From: Leptospira biflexa
GTDB lineage: Bacteria > Spirochaetota > DYNZ01
Direction of reading: 5' to 3'
Assembly: GCA_020720805.1 (NCBI GenBank)
Contig: DYNZ01000006.1
Coordinates: 22,632-85,858, forward strand
Length of the DNA stretch: 63,227 nt
This document shows, piece after piece, positions 36,689 through 46,737 of this stretch (position 1 is its first letter; each line of letters opens with the position of its first letter). The notes below the pieces were generated by a model. That model saw nothing but the letters and a program-made list of their open reading frames with translations, had not been told where the DNA came from and did no database searches. Both the position numbers and the translations under genes were made by a program.

Positions 36689-39592
36689 TTAAGAGGCAAG
36701 TACAGCTTTGAGATACTCGTCAGTCCGCTCCCGTCGCGCTTTTTCCACAACTGTTGGATCCACCTCCTCAAATTTTTCATCCGGTGTGATCTTAAACAGC
36801 GTCTGTCCCTTCTGTACAATATTTCCCTCACCCCCCTCGATAACAATCTTATCAATTGTACCGGAGAATTGGGCTGTAACTGTGTTAAACATCTTCATAA
36901 CTTCGATGATAAATAGAGGCTGGCCTTTTACAAAATGCATCCCCTCATGGACAAAGGTAGGCATTCCTGGCGCTTCCTGGGAATAGTACATACCGCCAAA
37001 AGGAGCCACGATTTCGTCTGCCTTGGTAGAGGGAGGCGGTACCAACACCTTTTTCATTTTTGCCTGGAGATCCGGCTCTGTCAGATAATCCGGTATGGTA
37101 ACCTCCAGGTTCTCCTCAACCTTCATATCCCAGAATTTGGTACACGCCCCAACAAGGAAAAGCATTCCCAGCATCTCCATTCCAGCCTCATAGCCAAAGT
37201 GAGCGGAACGAACCTGATCCCAGGTTTCCTGGTCAAACCCCTCATGTGCTCTCTCTTTTTGCAGTTTTTCGTTAACGAGGAAATAATCTTCAGGCTTGAG
37301 GCCAAAGCGATTCCGAAGTTCTGCATAGAACTCTATACCAGCCGAAAGCAGATCGCGATCATGATCCCAGATCATATCCGCGGCCGGATTGCTCTCATCG
37401 TAGCACATATTCAGGTATTCGTAGGTTTCTGCTAGGATCACCACAGGATTGCGCAGCCAGACAATTTTTCCGTTTTCGAAGCGGAAATTTTTTGTATTCA
37501 AAGAGAGCCATCCGGAGAGCAGATGGGGATCGTTCAGTAATATCTCCATCGGTCTGGTAAGCAGAGTACCCTTTCGATCGAGAAGTTCGCTCATGTTTTT
37601 CTGTTCTTTTGCCGCCACGTCCGGCTGATCCGCGAAAGCAGCGGCAATACTTTTAGCATAACTCTTTTTCATCTGAAAAAAGGAGTACTCCACATTGATC
37701 TGGTTCGCCTCCTCTTTCAAGGTTCCCACAAGGGTCAGATAAGGGACGACAAAGCGGGTTGTCGGTTTGGCCATGACATTTCGGCCGATGAACCAGCTCA
37801 CAAGACCATAATGAAAATGTAAATTGGTAGCCAGATTCGTGCCGCGCAGCGTAGTACTGCGAATTACCTTGGAAAGGTAGGCGTAGCTGTCAAAGCGATC
37901 CTCTCCCTTGGTTAAAAGAAGGGCAATGTTCGAATCATAAGCTCCGGCAACATTGTAGCGCATGAAAAGACCTGTGTCCGGGTTGACCATACTGATGCCC
38001 TGATCGTCCCGAATCTCGCCTTCGATGGGAGCTGACCAGTGACGAATCACACCGCCCGCATGAGGGGAAAGGGAGTGGTCTGTCGCGTTTAGACGAGCCT
38101 CAACAGAGGCAGGGAATCTGGTAAAACGCTCGGGCTTGGGAAGACGTTTGCCATGGCGCGCCAGCAGAGCCATTGCCTCAACAAGAGACTCCACAACAAA
38201 AAAATCTTTGGAATCCTTTGGATTGGTAAATTTCAGCGAATAGCAGAGCTCAGTGACACGGTGCTCCACCTGAATCCGTGTGTTGACCTCCATAAAATAG
38301 TGTCTGTCGCGGTCAACGATGCACTCAAATGTAGAGGCGCTATTCAGGCCAACAGCCTGACCAAAACGCACCGACTCCTCCTCCATCCGCTTTAATACCT
38401 TAAGATCGCTCTCCAGAGCAACAGCCTCTGCATTTTTTCCGCTCTTTTTTGCCTTTTCGATGGCGCTCTGCAGCCCTTCCTGTGTTACAGAGACCTCAAG
38501 GAGTTTCTGTTCGTGCATCTGCAAAGAGCAGTCGCGGCCGCCTAGGGATATGCACCACTCTCCATTGCCAAGAAGCTGGATCTCATTATGGCGAGTCTGT
38601 TCAATATTCAACTCGATCAAAACGTTTTTGTTGTCGCCGACGCCAATGGCCTTCACCTCATTGAGAACCTCGCGAACCATGGCCGGCGCCTGGGCAGCGG
38701 CCTGGCGGATCTGATCCTCCGTGGGATTTTTTTCAGCTAGTAATGAGGCGCCAAGAATTCTCTGCCCTTTACCGCCGCCGCCGCCAATGGCTTTAAGCCG
38801 GAAACGGTTACCGGGATATTTCCGGAATAGTCCGCTGACCTCAAACTCCACCTGTTTTCCCAGCTCTTCGATAGAAATCAGGTCGATGCCTTTGGCGTAG
38901 GAGGCCATCAAAATATGGTCAGCAAGGATCTCTAACGGAAGGCTGGCGTCCTGCAGAACTTTGGCATCGCAGTTGAGCCCCTCTGTTTTAACCAGCGCAA
39001 GAAGCTTCTCCCTATCAGGATATTTCTTTACTAAAGTTCTGGCTGTAACATTATCGATTCCGGGAGTAACGCTGACATCTACGGATAGCGCTGTACGCTT
39101 GGCCTCGTCCTTTTTTCCAGCCCGAGCCTGGATCTCGGCGCGGGGGCCGATAAAGGTCAAACCAGCCATTTCAATAGCGCGAACAAACTCCTCATCTTCC
39201 GCCATAAAACCATATCCTGCAAAGATGGAATCGTATCCATTATCTTTGGCGATCTGGATGATCTGCTGCATCCGGTCCACCCGCTCCTCTTTGGAGGCAC
39301 CGCTGTAATCTGGCACCCTGTGAACCCTGGTGCTATCAGTCAGGGTGCGCAGTTCAGGAGCCAGAGCGTTGGGATAGACGATGGAATCCTTTTCGGATAA
39401 TAAAATACCAAAATGGGATATTCCCATCTCTGTGTAAACATCCATGGCTTCCTTACGAATTGGACCGCGGCAGACAATCAGCGGCTTTAGATCTTCACAG
39501 GAAAATGAGCGAGCCCACTCCGATGAGGATTGGCTCAAACGGCGGTCACGATGGATCAGGGGATTATGCTTATAAAGGTCATTGCTGGACAT
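36689..39592 (-). CDS. Biotin-dependent carboxylase alpha subunit: expanded biotin carboxylase + central domain + C-terminal BCCP (967 aa)
   Basis: BC motifs KAIGGGGGKGQRIL, FMEVNTRIQVEHRVTE, EARLNATD...GGVI and a biotinylation site EVMKMFN. Large insertions relative to canonical BC. Confidence 0.7.
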   Translation of the reverse strand: MSSNDLYKHNPLIHRDRRLSQSSSEWARSFSCEDLKPLIVCRGPIRKEAMDVYTEMGISHFGILLSEKDSIVYPNALAPELRTLTDSTRVHRVPDYSGASKEERVDRMQQIIQIAKDNGYDSIFAGYGFMAEDEEFVRAIEMAGLTFIGPRAEIQARAGKKDEAKRTALSVDVSVTPGIDNVTARTLVKKYPDREKLLALVKTEGLNCDAKVLQDASLPLEILADHILMASYAKGIDLISIEELGKQVEFEVSGLFRKYPGNRFRLKAIGGGGGKGQRILGASLLAEKNPTEDQIRQAAAQAPAMVREVLNEVKAIGVGDNKNVLIELNIEQTRHNEIQLLGNGEWCISLGGRDCSLQMHEQKLLEVSVTQEGLQSAIEKAKKSGKNAEAVALESDLKVLKRMEEESVRFGQAVGLNSASTFECIVDRDRHYFMEVNTRIQVEHRVTELCYSLKFTNPKDSKDFFVVESLVEAMALLARHGKRLPKPERFTRFPASVEARLNATDHSLSPHAGGVIRHWSAPIEGEIRDDQGISMVNPDTGLFMRYNVAGAYDSNIALLLTKGEDRFDSYAYLSKVIRSTTLRGTNLATNLHFHYGLVSWFIGRNVMAKPTTRFVVPYLTLVGTLKEEANQINVEYSFFQMKKSYAKSIAAAFADQPDVAAKEQKNMSELLDRKGTLLTRPMEILLNDPHLLSGWLSLNTKNFRFENGKIVWLRNPVVILAETYEYLNMCYDESNPAADMIWDHDRDLLSAGIEFYAELRNRFGLKPEDYFLVNEKLQKERAHEGFDQETWDQVRSAHFGYEAGMEMLGMLFLVGACTKFWDMKVEENLEVTIPDYLTEPDLQAKMKKVLVPPPSTKADEIVAPFGGMYYSQEAPGMPTFVHEGMHFVKGQPLFIIEVMKMFNTVTAQFSGTIDKIVIEGGEGNIVQKGQTLFKITPDEKFEEVDPTVVEKARRERTDEYLKAVLAS

Positions 39593-39641
39593 GAATCTAT
39601 TTCTCCATTTGATTTAGTTTTTGCTGTCAGAAAACAATCTC

Positions 39642-41447
39642 TTAATGAAACTCTCGTTGTACGGATTGCATCGTACTCGCTTTATAATGTCTGAGCAGAA
39701 AGTGCATATTTTCGCCAAGAACCTTGCGAAGATCCGTTGGCATAACCAGAGAGGAGATAGATCCCAGAGATAGACCCTCTTTTGGATTCATCAGCTCTTT
39801 TTCGTAACGCTGGTTGAGAGCGGTCTCTTCCAGTTTCAGCCATTCCGCAGCCGCTTTCTCCGCGTCCTTTTTCGCCTCGCCTGGAGCCATCCCCGCATTT
39901 ACCCTCTCCTGGGTTCCCTGTTTTACCTTATCCGCGGCCATACCGCGCACCTTTTTCAGCTCATCTTTATATACAAACTCCTTACCAGCGGGTCCCATAA
40001 CAGCCAGACGAGTTGTCGGCAATGCCAGAACAAGGTCAGCGCCGGTTGGGTAGTTATTAAAGGAGGCGTAGGCTCCGCCAAAGGCATTACGGATGATTAA
40101 CAGGATACGCGGTGTGCGAATATCTACGATCGAATCCAGCATGGCACGGCCAGCCTGCACGATACCGCGCGACTCCTGTTCGCGGCCAGGCAGGAAGCCT
40201 GTTGTATCTTCCATGAAGATCATGGGAATATTGTAAATGTTGCAAAACCGGTTAAAACGGGCAATCTTATAGGCAGAATCCACAGAGATCTGACCAGAAG
40301 AGACAGCGCTGTTGTTAGCGACAAATCCGACCACATGTCCACCCAGCCGGCCAAATGCGGTAATCGCTTCGCGCGCGCGGTCTGGCTGCACCTCAAAATA
40401 GTCGCCATGGTCGCAGATCTGCTGAATCATGATGGATACATCAAAGGGAGTGTTAAACCCTGTCGGAGAGTTGAAGGCCTTTTTCAACAAGGTATTGATC
40501 TCCCAGGTTTTTCTATCCAGAGGGTCGCTGGTCTCCTGAAAAGGAGACATAGAGTGGTTGTTATCGGGCAGGTAGCTCAATAGGCGTACCGTGGTGCGCA
40601 GTGCGGCCACCTCATCATCCACCGTAATATCTGCTACTCCGGATTGGCCGTGAACCTTAAGTCCGCCCAGTTCCTCAGGGGTAACGTCCTCCCCTAGAAC
40701 AGATTTTACAACGCCCGGACCAGTCAGTCCAAAAAAGGTATCCCTGGGTTGGATGACAAAGCTTCCCTGTCTCGGCAAGTATGATCCGCCGCCAGCGTTA
40801 AAACCAAACATCATCATTACAGAAGGAACAACACCGCTGATCTTGCGCAGAGCTGTAAAAGCCTCGGCGTAACCATCGAGTCCACCTACACCTGCAGGCA
40901 CAAAGGCGCCCGCAGAGTCGTTCATACCAATAACAGGAATGCCTTTTTCCCCGGCCATTTGAAATAACAGAGCCAGTTTACGGCCGTTGGTCGCGTCAAT
41001 AGAACCAGCGCGCACAGTAAAATCGTGACCGTACAGAGCAACATCACGACCATTGATATTCAGGATGCCGGTGACTAACGACGCACCATCAAGATTTTTC
41101 CCCCAGTTCTGAAAAAGAATATTGGGCTGGTGGTTCGTCAGAACGCGAATCCTCTCCCATACTGTCATACGCTTTTTATAATGCTGTTTTTCAATCTGGG
41201 CAATACTGACTGATTTGATTGGTCGTTCTATCAGATCGTGCCCCTCCTTCATTGCCTCTTCGTATCCGCCCTTTTTTCCAGGAATTTCACCAGGTATGGT
41301 AAATTCTACGGTTTTTTGCGGAGCAAATGGATTTCGCAGTGAGAGTTTTAAGGTTTTCTGGGTCATGTAAGCCATCCTTCCCGTTAACAATTTGATTTTA
41401 AAGATTTCTTGTATATATACAGTTTCCTGTCTTCTCTTCATGAACAC
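39642..41447 (-). CDS. Acyl-CoA carboxylase carboxyltransferase subunit (12S/PccB-like; 601 aa)
   Basis: Carboxyl_trans domain [26 protein letters not shown]...[10 protein letters not shown]...FNAGGGSY. Confidence 0.8.
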   Translation of the reverse strand: MFMKRRQETVYIQEIFKIKLLTGRMAYMTQKTLKLSLRNPFAPQKTVEFTIPGEIPGKKGGYEEAMKEGHDLIERPIKSVSIAQIEKQHYKKRMTVWERIRVLTNHQPNILFQNWGKNLDGASLVTGILNINGRDVALYGHDFTVRAGSIDATNGRKLALLFQMAGEKGIPVIGMNDSAGAFVPAGVGGLDGYAEAFTALRKISGVVPSVMMMFGFNAGGGSYLPRQGSFVIQPRDTFFGLTGPGVVKSVLGEDVTPEELGGLKVHGQSGVADITVDDEVAALRTTVRLLSYLPDNNHSMSPFQETSDPLDRKTWEINTLLKKAFNSPTGFNTPFDVSIMIQQICDHGDYFEVQPDRAREAITAFGRLGGHVVGFVANNSAVSSGQISVDSAYKIARFNRFCNIYNIPMIFMEDTTGFLPGREQESRGIVQAGRAMLDSIVDIRTPRILLIIRNAFGGAYASFNNYPTGADLVLALPTTRLAVMGPAGKEFVYKDELKKVRGMAADKVKQGTQERVNAGMAPGEAKKDAEKAAAEWLKLEETALNQRYEKELMNPKEGLSLGSISSLVMPTDLRKVLGENMHFLLRHYKASTMQSVQREFH

Positions 41448-41450
41448 ACA

Positions 41451-41514
41451 GATACCAGCGCTTATGGTTATCCCATATCGATGCCGTTACACGATAGCAC
41501 TCATCGCTGGTATC
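41451..41514. promoter_or_regulatory. Nested perfect inverted repeat (gataccagcg...cgctggtatc, inner tatcg...cgata) in the leader of the carboxyltransferase gene
   Basis: 10-bp arms at 41451-41460 and 41505-41514 with an inner 5-bp palindrome. Not followed by a U-tract on the transcribed (minus) strand. Confidence 0.3.
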
Positions 41515-41602
41515 AAAAAAAATGTTATAATAATGGATTTGTTAGAGAAAGTCCGGATCTCAAGTGGAAAAGTCAAGTAAAAAACTAACTTCCAGATCCG
41601 CT

Positions 41603-41878
41603 TCAACGGGAACTGATTTTATCCAGTCCAAGAATTTTTTTTAGAGATCCTTCTAAATGGAAAGCGGTGTACCCGCGCGGCATATAGCCGGTCTGGGCAA
41701 AGAGGTCAAAATCCTGCAACTGTTCTATTAAAATCTCGATCTCTTTCGTGAATGCCTTATAATGATCTGGATTGGCAATCAACGTTTCGATATGAACCAG
41801 GAGATAATCTGGTAAATCTTTCTCTGTCCGGGCTGATCGGGTTGCCTCTGCCAATTTTTCAAATAGCGCGCTACTCAT
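41603..41878 (-). CDS. Hypothetical small protein (91 aa)
   Basis: Intact ORF upstream of the carboxylase cluster. No recognisable motif. Confidence 0.35.
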   Translation of the reverse strand: MSSALFEKLAEATRSARTEKDLPDYLLVHIETLIANPDHYKAFTKEIEILIEQLQDFDLFAQTGYMPRGYTAFHLEGSLKKILGLDKISSR

Positions 41879-42179
41879 ACATTTACCATCCTATTCTTCG
41901 TTTGCCGAACTCATGAAGAGGTGAACCATCCATGTCAACCAGGAATCCTTTCAAAACCAGTAATTATTCCTTACCTTTGCGAAACTGCGTAATATACGAA
42001 TTTATTCTCAGCCTCATTTTTTTAAGGATGAATGAATGGTCCAAAATACAAATTATACTGGCAGACAAAGGAATCATCATAGATATTTTCATTGCCTTTT
42101 TGCCCCTTCCCTGCCAGAAAGCCAGTTATCCCTATCTTCGGATATCGATTGAGAGATAAAATCAGGAACAGCAGACAGC

Positions 42180-45023
42180 ATGATCGAGACACAAAACGAA
42201 TTTCTTGCAGTCATCTCCAAACTACAAAAACTTCTCATGGGTGAAGTATATTTCCATCCCATTCAGACGCAAATGGTCGCTACGGATGCCAGCATCTACA
42301 GCGTAAAACCTGTTGCTGTAATCTATCCTGCCTGCCATGAAGACGTTATTGCAGCCCTCGCGTTTGCCAGGCATCACAGGCTATCCGTCCATGCCCGCGG
42401 CGCTGGCAGCGGACTCTGCGGTTCAGCCATAGGCACCGGGATTATTCTTGATTTTTCGCGTTTTATGAATCGGCTACTCAATCTTGACATGGAAGGCCAG
42501 AGGTTTACCTGCGAACCTGGCTATCGATTTGGCGAGCTGGAAAAGGAGCTTGCCGCCCGAGGCCTCTTCTTTCCTCCGGATCCTTCCAGCGGCGAGTACG
42601 CCACATTCGGCGGTATGATGGGCACAAATGCCAGCGGCGCCCACTCCGTGAAATATGGAAATGTGGCTGATTATGTCGTGGACGCAAAATTTGCCCTGGC
42701 TGACGGATCAAGCTATCGTCTTTCAGAGTTGGCCGCTCTGGAGGAGTCATCTCTTCTCGAGCCCTTCCGGGAGTTATTTCAGCTCTACCAGGAGAACCGA
42801 CTCCAGATCCATTCCGCTTACCCTCCCATTCGCTATAATGTAGCTGGCTACAACCTCCGCGATATGGTGGTAGACAACCGCCTGCACCTACACAGACTTT
42901 TGACCGGCTCAGAGGGAACGTTGGCCATTATCACCGAAATTACCTTCGCGCTCCGGCCAAAGCCTCTCTACGATAGCCTGGTCGTAGCTTATTATCAAGA
43001 TATTGCCTCATCGGCTCGCGCGGTTCAGGAGATGATGCCATTACAGCCTGCGGGTATAGAGATCATGGACAAATCTCTGCTGGAACTGGCGCGACAAAGC
43101 GACCCCCTTCTCGCAGAAAAGATCCCGGCAGGAGTTGACAACGTTTTGCTTATAGAATTTGACTCCTTTCACGCCGAGGAGGCCGCTGAGGCAGCGAAGA
43201 AGGCGCAGCAGCTTTGCAACGCACTAGAGTCCTTTGTCGCCATCGAGAAAGAAGAGAAAGAAAAATTCTGGGCCGTGCGTAAGGCAGCGGTTCCTATCCT
43301 GTACAAGCTTAAGGGCGAGAAAAAAATTCTGGCTCTGATCGAGGATGCAGCTGTGCCTGTCGCGCAACTGGTCTCCTATTTTGCGGGAACCTACGCCCTG
43401 CTGCAGCGCCATAACGTCTCGTTTGTAGTGTATGGTCATATCGCCAAGGGTCTGATGCATACCCGACCGCTCTTAAACCTCAAAAATCAGCAGGATGTTT
43501 TTTTATTAAAGGTTATCGCTGATGAGTTTTTCGAACTGGTCTACAGCCTAGGTGGTGTTGTCTCCGGCGAGCATGGGGATGGCCGGATACGATCAGCTTA
43601 TATAGAGAAGCAGTACAAAAATATCTATCACCTTTTCCAACGAGTCAAGAAGATTCTGGATCCTGACCATACCCTGAACCCGGAGATCAAAAGCGGCCAA
43701 GATCAGGATCTGATCTGGCACAATCTCCGCTACGGCACTGAGTACCACTCCGAGGTGTGGTCGCAGCCTGCTCTGCTCTGGCCTGAGGGGCTGGATCTGG
43801 CTATCGAGACCTGTCACGGCTGCTCCAAATGCACCACGGTCACAACTGCTACGCGCATGTGCCCGATCTACAAATTCACCCGCAAGGAGGAGGCCAGCCC
43901 CAAGGCCAAGGCCAATCTGTTGCGGGCTCTGATTAGCGGTCAGATCGACTCCCAGGAGCTCTACAGAAAAACCCTACAGAACGTAATGGATCATTGCGTC
44001 AACTGCGGAAGCTGCTACCAGGAGTGCCCCTCCAATGTGAATATTCCCAAAATGGCTCTAGAAGCCCGCAGCCTCTACCGCCGTAGATTCGGAACTCCCC
44101 TGGCTTACCGCTTTTTGACCGGAGCAGAGCTAGCCGGCAGGAACACCAGAAAGTTCTCATTCCTATTGGCCTTTTTCATGAAAAGCAGCCTGATCCGCAA
44201 AGCAGCGGAAAAAATCAGCACTGTCAGCGTCTATAGGGAGTTTCCGCTCATGCCGGCCAGCTCCCTTCAGGATCGCATAATGAAAAAAGGGGCAACACAG
44301 AAAAGGCTGCACCAGAAAAAGGTACTCTATTTTGCCGGGTGCTACGCTTCGTACATCAGACCAGAGATTGGAGAAGCAGCCCTACGCTTACTTAACTACC
44401 TTCAGGTTGAGGTGATAACGCCGGAACAACATTGCTGCGGGCTGCCGATGCTCTCCAAAGGGATGAGCCGCGAGGCGAATGAAAAAATTCACCAGAATCA
44501 GATGCAATGGCAAGGTCTGTTGTCCGAGGTCGATGCAGTGGTGGTCACCTGCTCCTCCTGCGGCCTCTCCCTGACCAGGGAGTGGCAATACCTGGAGGAT
44601 TCCCCATTTACCAGAGCAGTCCAGGAGAAGAGCATCCATATCTCCCATTTTATCAACAACCTTGGAAATGCAGCCCTCGCCACATTGCGCAAGCCGATAG
44701 AGCAAAAACTTGCCTACCATATGCCCTGCCATTTGAAAGTTCAACCCCACTCAGGTAGCTCCCTGAGGATGTTGACCTCAATTGGTGGTTTGCAGGTTGA
44801 CAATCTGGATAGCCATTGCTGCGGTATGGCCGGCAGCTGGGGGATGAGCAGAGACAACTACGAGCTAAGCCGGAACATCGGATCCGACTTGGCTAAGAAA
44901 ATTTCTGCCAGCGAGGCGTCTGTCGCTATCACCGATTGTCCAACCTGTAGAATGCAGATCGAGCATCTCAGCGACAAACCGGTACGTCATCCAGTGGAGA
45001 TCCTGGCGGAACTCAGCCAGTAG
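42180..45023 (+). CDS. Fused FAD-linked oxidase (GlcD-like) / 4Fe-4S dicluster / CCG-domain (GlcF-like) oxidoreductase, putative 2-hydroxyacid (lactate/glycolate) dehydrogenase (947 aa)
   Basis: N-terminal FAD_binding_4 region. CHGCSKCTTV...CP and CVNCGSCYQECP ferredoxin motifs. Two C-terminal Cys-rich CCG-like repeats. Confidence 0.7.
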   Translation: MIETQNEFLAVISKLQKLLMGEVYFHPIQTQMVATDASIYSVKPVAVIYPACHEDVIAALAFARHHRLSVHARGAGSGLCGSAIGTGIILDFSRFMNRLLNLDMEGQRFTCEPGYRFGELEKELAARGLFFPPDPSSGEYATFGGMMGTNASGAHSVKYGNVADYVVDAKFALADGSSYRLSELAALEESSLLEPFRELFQLYQENRLQIHSAYPPIRYNVAGYNLRDMVVDNRLHLHRLLTGSEGTLAIITEITFALRPKPLYDSLVVAYYQDIASSARAVQEMMPLQPAGIEIMDKSLLELARQSDPLLAEKIPAGVDNVLLIEFDSFHAEEAAEAAKKAQQLCNALESFVAIEKEEKEKFWAVRKAAVPILYKLKGEKKILALIEDAAVPVAQLVSYFAGTYALLQRHNVSFVVYGHIAKGLMHTRPLLNLKNQQDVFLLKVIADEFFELVYSLGGVVSGEHGDGRIRSAYIEKQYKNIYHLFQRVKKILDPDHTLNPEIKSGQDQDLIWHNLRYGTEYHSEVWSQPALLWPEGLDLAIETCHGCSKCTTVTTATRMCPIYKFTRKEEASPKAKANLLRALISGQIDSQELYRKTLQNVMDHCVNCGSCYQECPSNVNIPKMALEARSLYRRRFGTPLAYRFLTGAELAGRNTRKFSFLLAFFMKSSLIRKAAEKISTVSVYREFPLMPASSLQDRIMKKGATQKRLHQKKVLYFAGCYASYIRPEIGEAALRLLNYLQVEVITPEQHCCGLPMLSKGMSREANEKIHQNQMQWQGLLSEVDAVVVTCSSCGLSLTREWQYLEDSPFTRAVQEKSIHISHFINNLGNAALATLRKPIEQKLAYHMPCHLKVQPHSGSSLRMLTSIGGLQVDNLDSHCCGMAGSWGMSRDNYELSRNIGSDLAKKISASEASVAITDCPTCRMQIEHLSDKPVRHPVEILAELSQ

Positions 45024-45067
45024 AAACACCGCAGAAAAGTTAATTTTACGAAAAAAAGGAGAACGCC

Positions 45068-46696
45068 ATGGAAGCAAAACGGAAATCAGCGGCAAATATC
45101 TTTGTAGAGCAGCAGGCAAGCGACGAAGACAATTTCGTATCAGAACCAGCCATGGAGGAGATCCAGGAGCCATTGCGTATGGATCGAATTGCCGCGCCAG
45201 CAGCCGCACCAACGCCAAAGGGCAAGGCCCCCAATATGCAGCTATTGTCCCAGATCAAATCTTCGGAGGAGCTGCAACTGGAAAAGGAGCCGGTCCGTCT
45301 GCGCGAGACAGGGCGCTGGTTTTGGCGCAAGATCATTGTTCCACCGAACGCCTATGTTGTGCACACCCGCTTCAACCAGAAAGAGCCCATTACAATCGGC
45401 ATGGGACTTTCGTTTCGCTACAACCCTTTCAAGGACTCTTATCTTGTGATCCCTGGAGCCATGCAGACCATCGGCGTTGTGGCCACCTGCATCACCAAAG
45501 AGAAGCAGGGTATCAACATTCTTGCCTATGTCCAATGGCAGATCGAGGATTTCTCGATCGCCTACCGCAAACTCGACTTTTCAGACAGCCGCGACCCGCT
45601 GGGTATTGTCAATGCCCAATTACGGGAACAGGCCGAGGCAGCTATCAAGGATAAAATTGCCACAATGAGCGTTGAAGAGGTTCTCACGGACAAAGAGCCA
45701 GTCATCGAAGAGCTGACTGCACGCCTGAAACTGGTAACAGAAGGAAGGCAAAAAGGAGATCAAACCGCGCAAGAAGGACTGGGCATCAAAATTGTTACGG
45801 TCCAGATCCGCGAGGCAATTGTCAGCTCTGCCTCACTATGGGAAAATCTGCAAAAGCCTTTCCGCTATGAAAAGGAGAAAAGCGCCCGAATTAGCTACCT
45901 TAACACCCAGCGCGAAATCCATGAAAAGGAGTTAGAGACCAAGCTGGTTAATGAACAGGGACGGACACAAACGGAGTTTGAAATCGCCAGGTTGCGCCAG
46001 AGCAAGGAGACAGAAACCCATGAGCTGCGACTGCGCCAGGAGAGTATTCGTTTTTCCCGGGAGCAGGAGGATCAGCGCCAGCGTTTGGAGCAACAGGAGC
46101 AATCTGAGCTGGCAGGCATGGAATCAAGGGAGCGCATCCGCATCCGTGAAAACCAGTTTCATATCGATGAAGAGAAGCGGAGAATCAACCAGGATTTCCA
46201 GAGCCAGATCAACACCCTGCAGGAGGAGACCCGGATGAAGGAGATTCAACTGGAGCTGGAGGGTCAATTGTTACGCCAGCGCCTCGAATTGGAAAAATTG
46301 CGCGCACAGGTAGCTCAGTTAGAGCAGCAGAATCTGGACCAGATGGAGGCAATGCGTCTCGAGGCGCGACTGCACCGCACCGAGCAGGAGAACCAGGCAG
46401 ATCTCGCATGGCAGAGCCGCCAGCAGGAGCAGGAGTTTATCAGCCAGAAAAACGCGGCACACATTGAAGAGTTACGTCAGCAGATTAAAAACAGAATCGG
46501 TGAAAATGACATCCTGGCTCAACTGGTGGCCAGGCTGCCGGAGATCGCCCAGGCCATGCCGGAGATCAAGGATTTGCGCATTGTGCAGACAGGAGCGCAA
46601 CCCGATTTCGCGGAGTCGCTGATCTCCTTTGTAACCAAGATCCTGGCCATGGCAAAGGGCGTGGATTTTGGCAGGGAGAACCCCAGCGCCGACTGA
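45068..46696 (+). CDS. Flotillin-like SPFH/band-7 protein with long Q/E-rich coiled coil (542 aa)
   Basis: SPFH core (VVHTRFNQKEP...IEDFSIAYRKL) and ~300 aa of coiled coil. Confidence 0.7.
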   Translation: MEAKRKSAANIFVEQQASDEDNFVSEPAMEEIQEPLRMDRIAAPAAAPTPKGKAPNMQLLSQIKSSEELQLEKEPVRLRETGRWFWRKIIVPPNAYVVHTRFNQKEPITIGMGLSFRYNPFKDSYLVIPGAMQTIGVVATCITKEKQGINILAYVQWQIEDFSIAYRKLDFSDSRDPLGIVNAQLREQAEAAIKDKIATMSVEEVLTDKEPVIEELTARLKLVTEGRQKGDQTAQEGLGIKIVTVQIREAIVSSASLWENLQKPFRYEKEKSARISYLNTQREIHEKELETKLVNEQGRTQTEFEIARLRQSKETETHELRLRQESIRFSREQEDQRQRLEQQEQSELAGMESRERIRIRENQFHIDEEKRRINQDFQSQINTLQEETRMKEIQLELEGQLLRQRLELEKLRAQVAQLEQQNLDQMEAMRLEARLHRTEQENQADLAWQSRQQEQEFISQKNAAHIEELRQQIKNRIGENDILAQLVARLPEIAQAMPEIKDLRIVQTGAQPDFAESLISFVTKILAMAKGVDFGRENPSAD

Positions 46697-46737
46697 TCCA
46701 GGACATCCTGCGCCGCCAATGGCCGTGCAGGACATCC

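Noticed and set aside
33313-36700. Looked for a cobalamin riboswitch or T-box-like leader around the B12-dependent mutase cluster
   Set aside because: The intergenic spaces are very short (3-50 nt) except the repeat-occupied 33313-33441. None contains the B12-box or the conserved riboswitch stems that I can recognise.
46697-46737. Possible bidirectional terminator between convergent flotillin and lipoprotein genes (caggacatcctgcg…tgcaggacatcc)
   Set aside because: The repeated segments are direct, not inverted, so no stable hairpin forms, and there is no U-tract.
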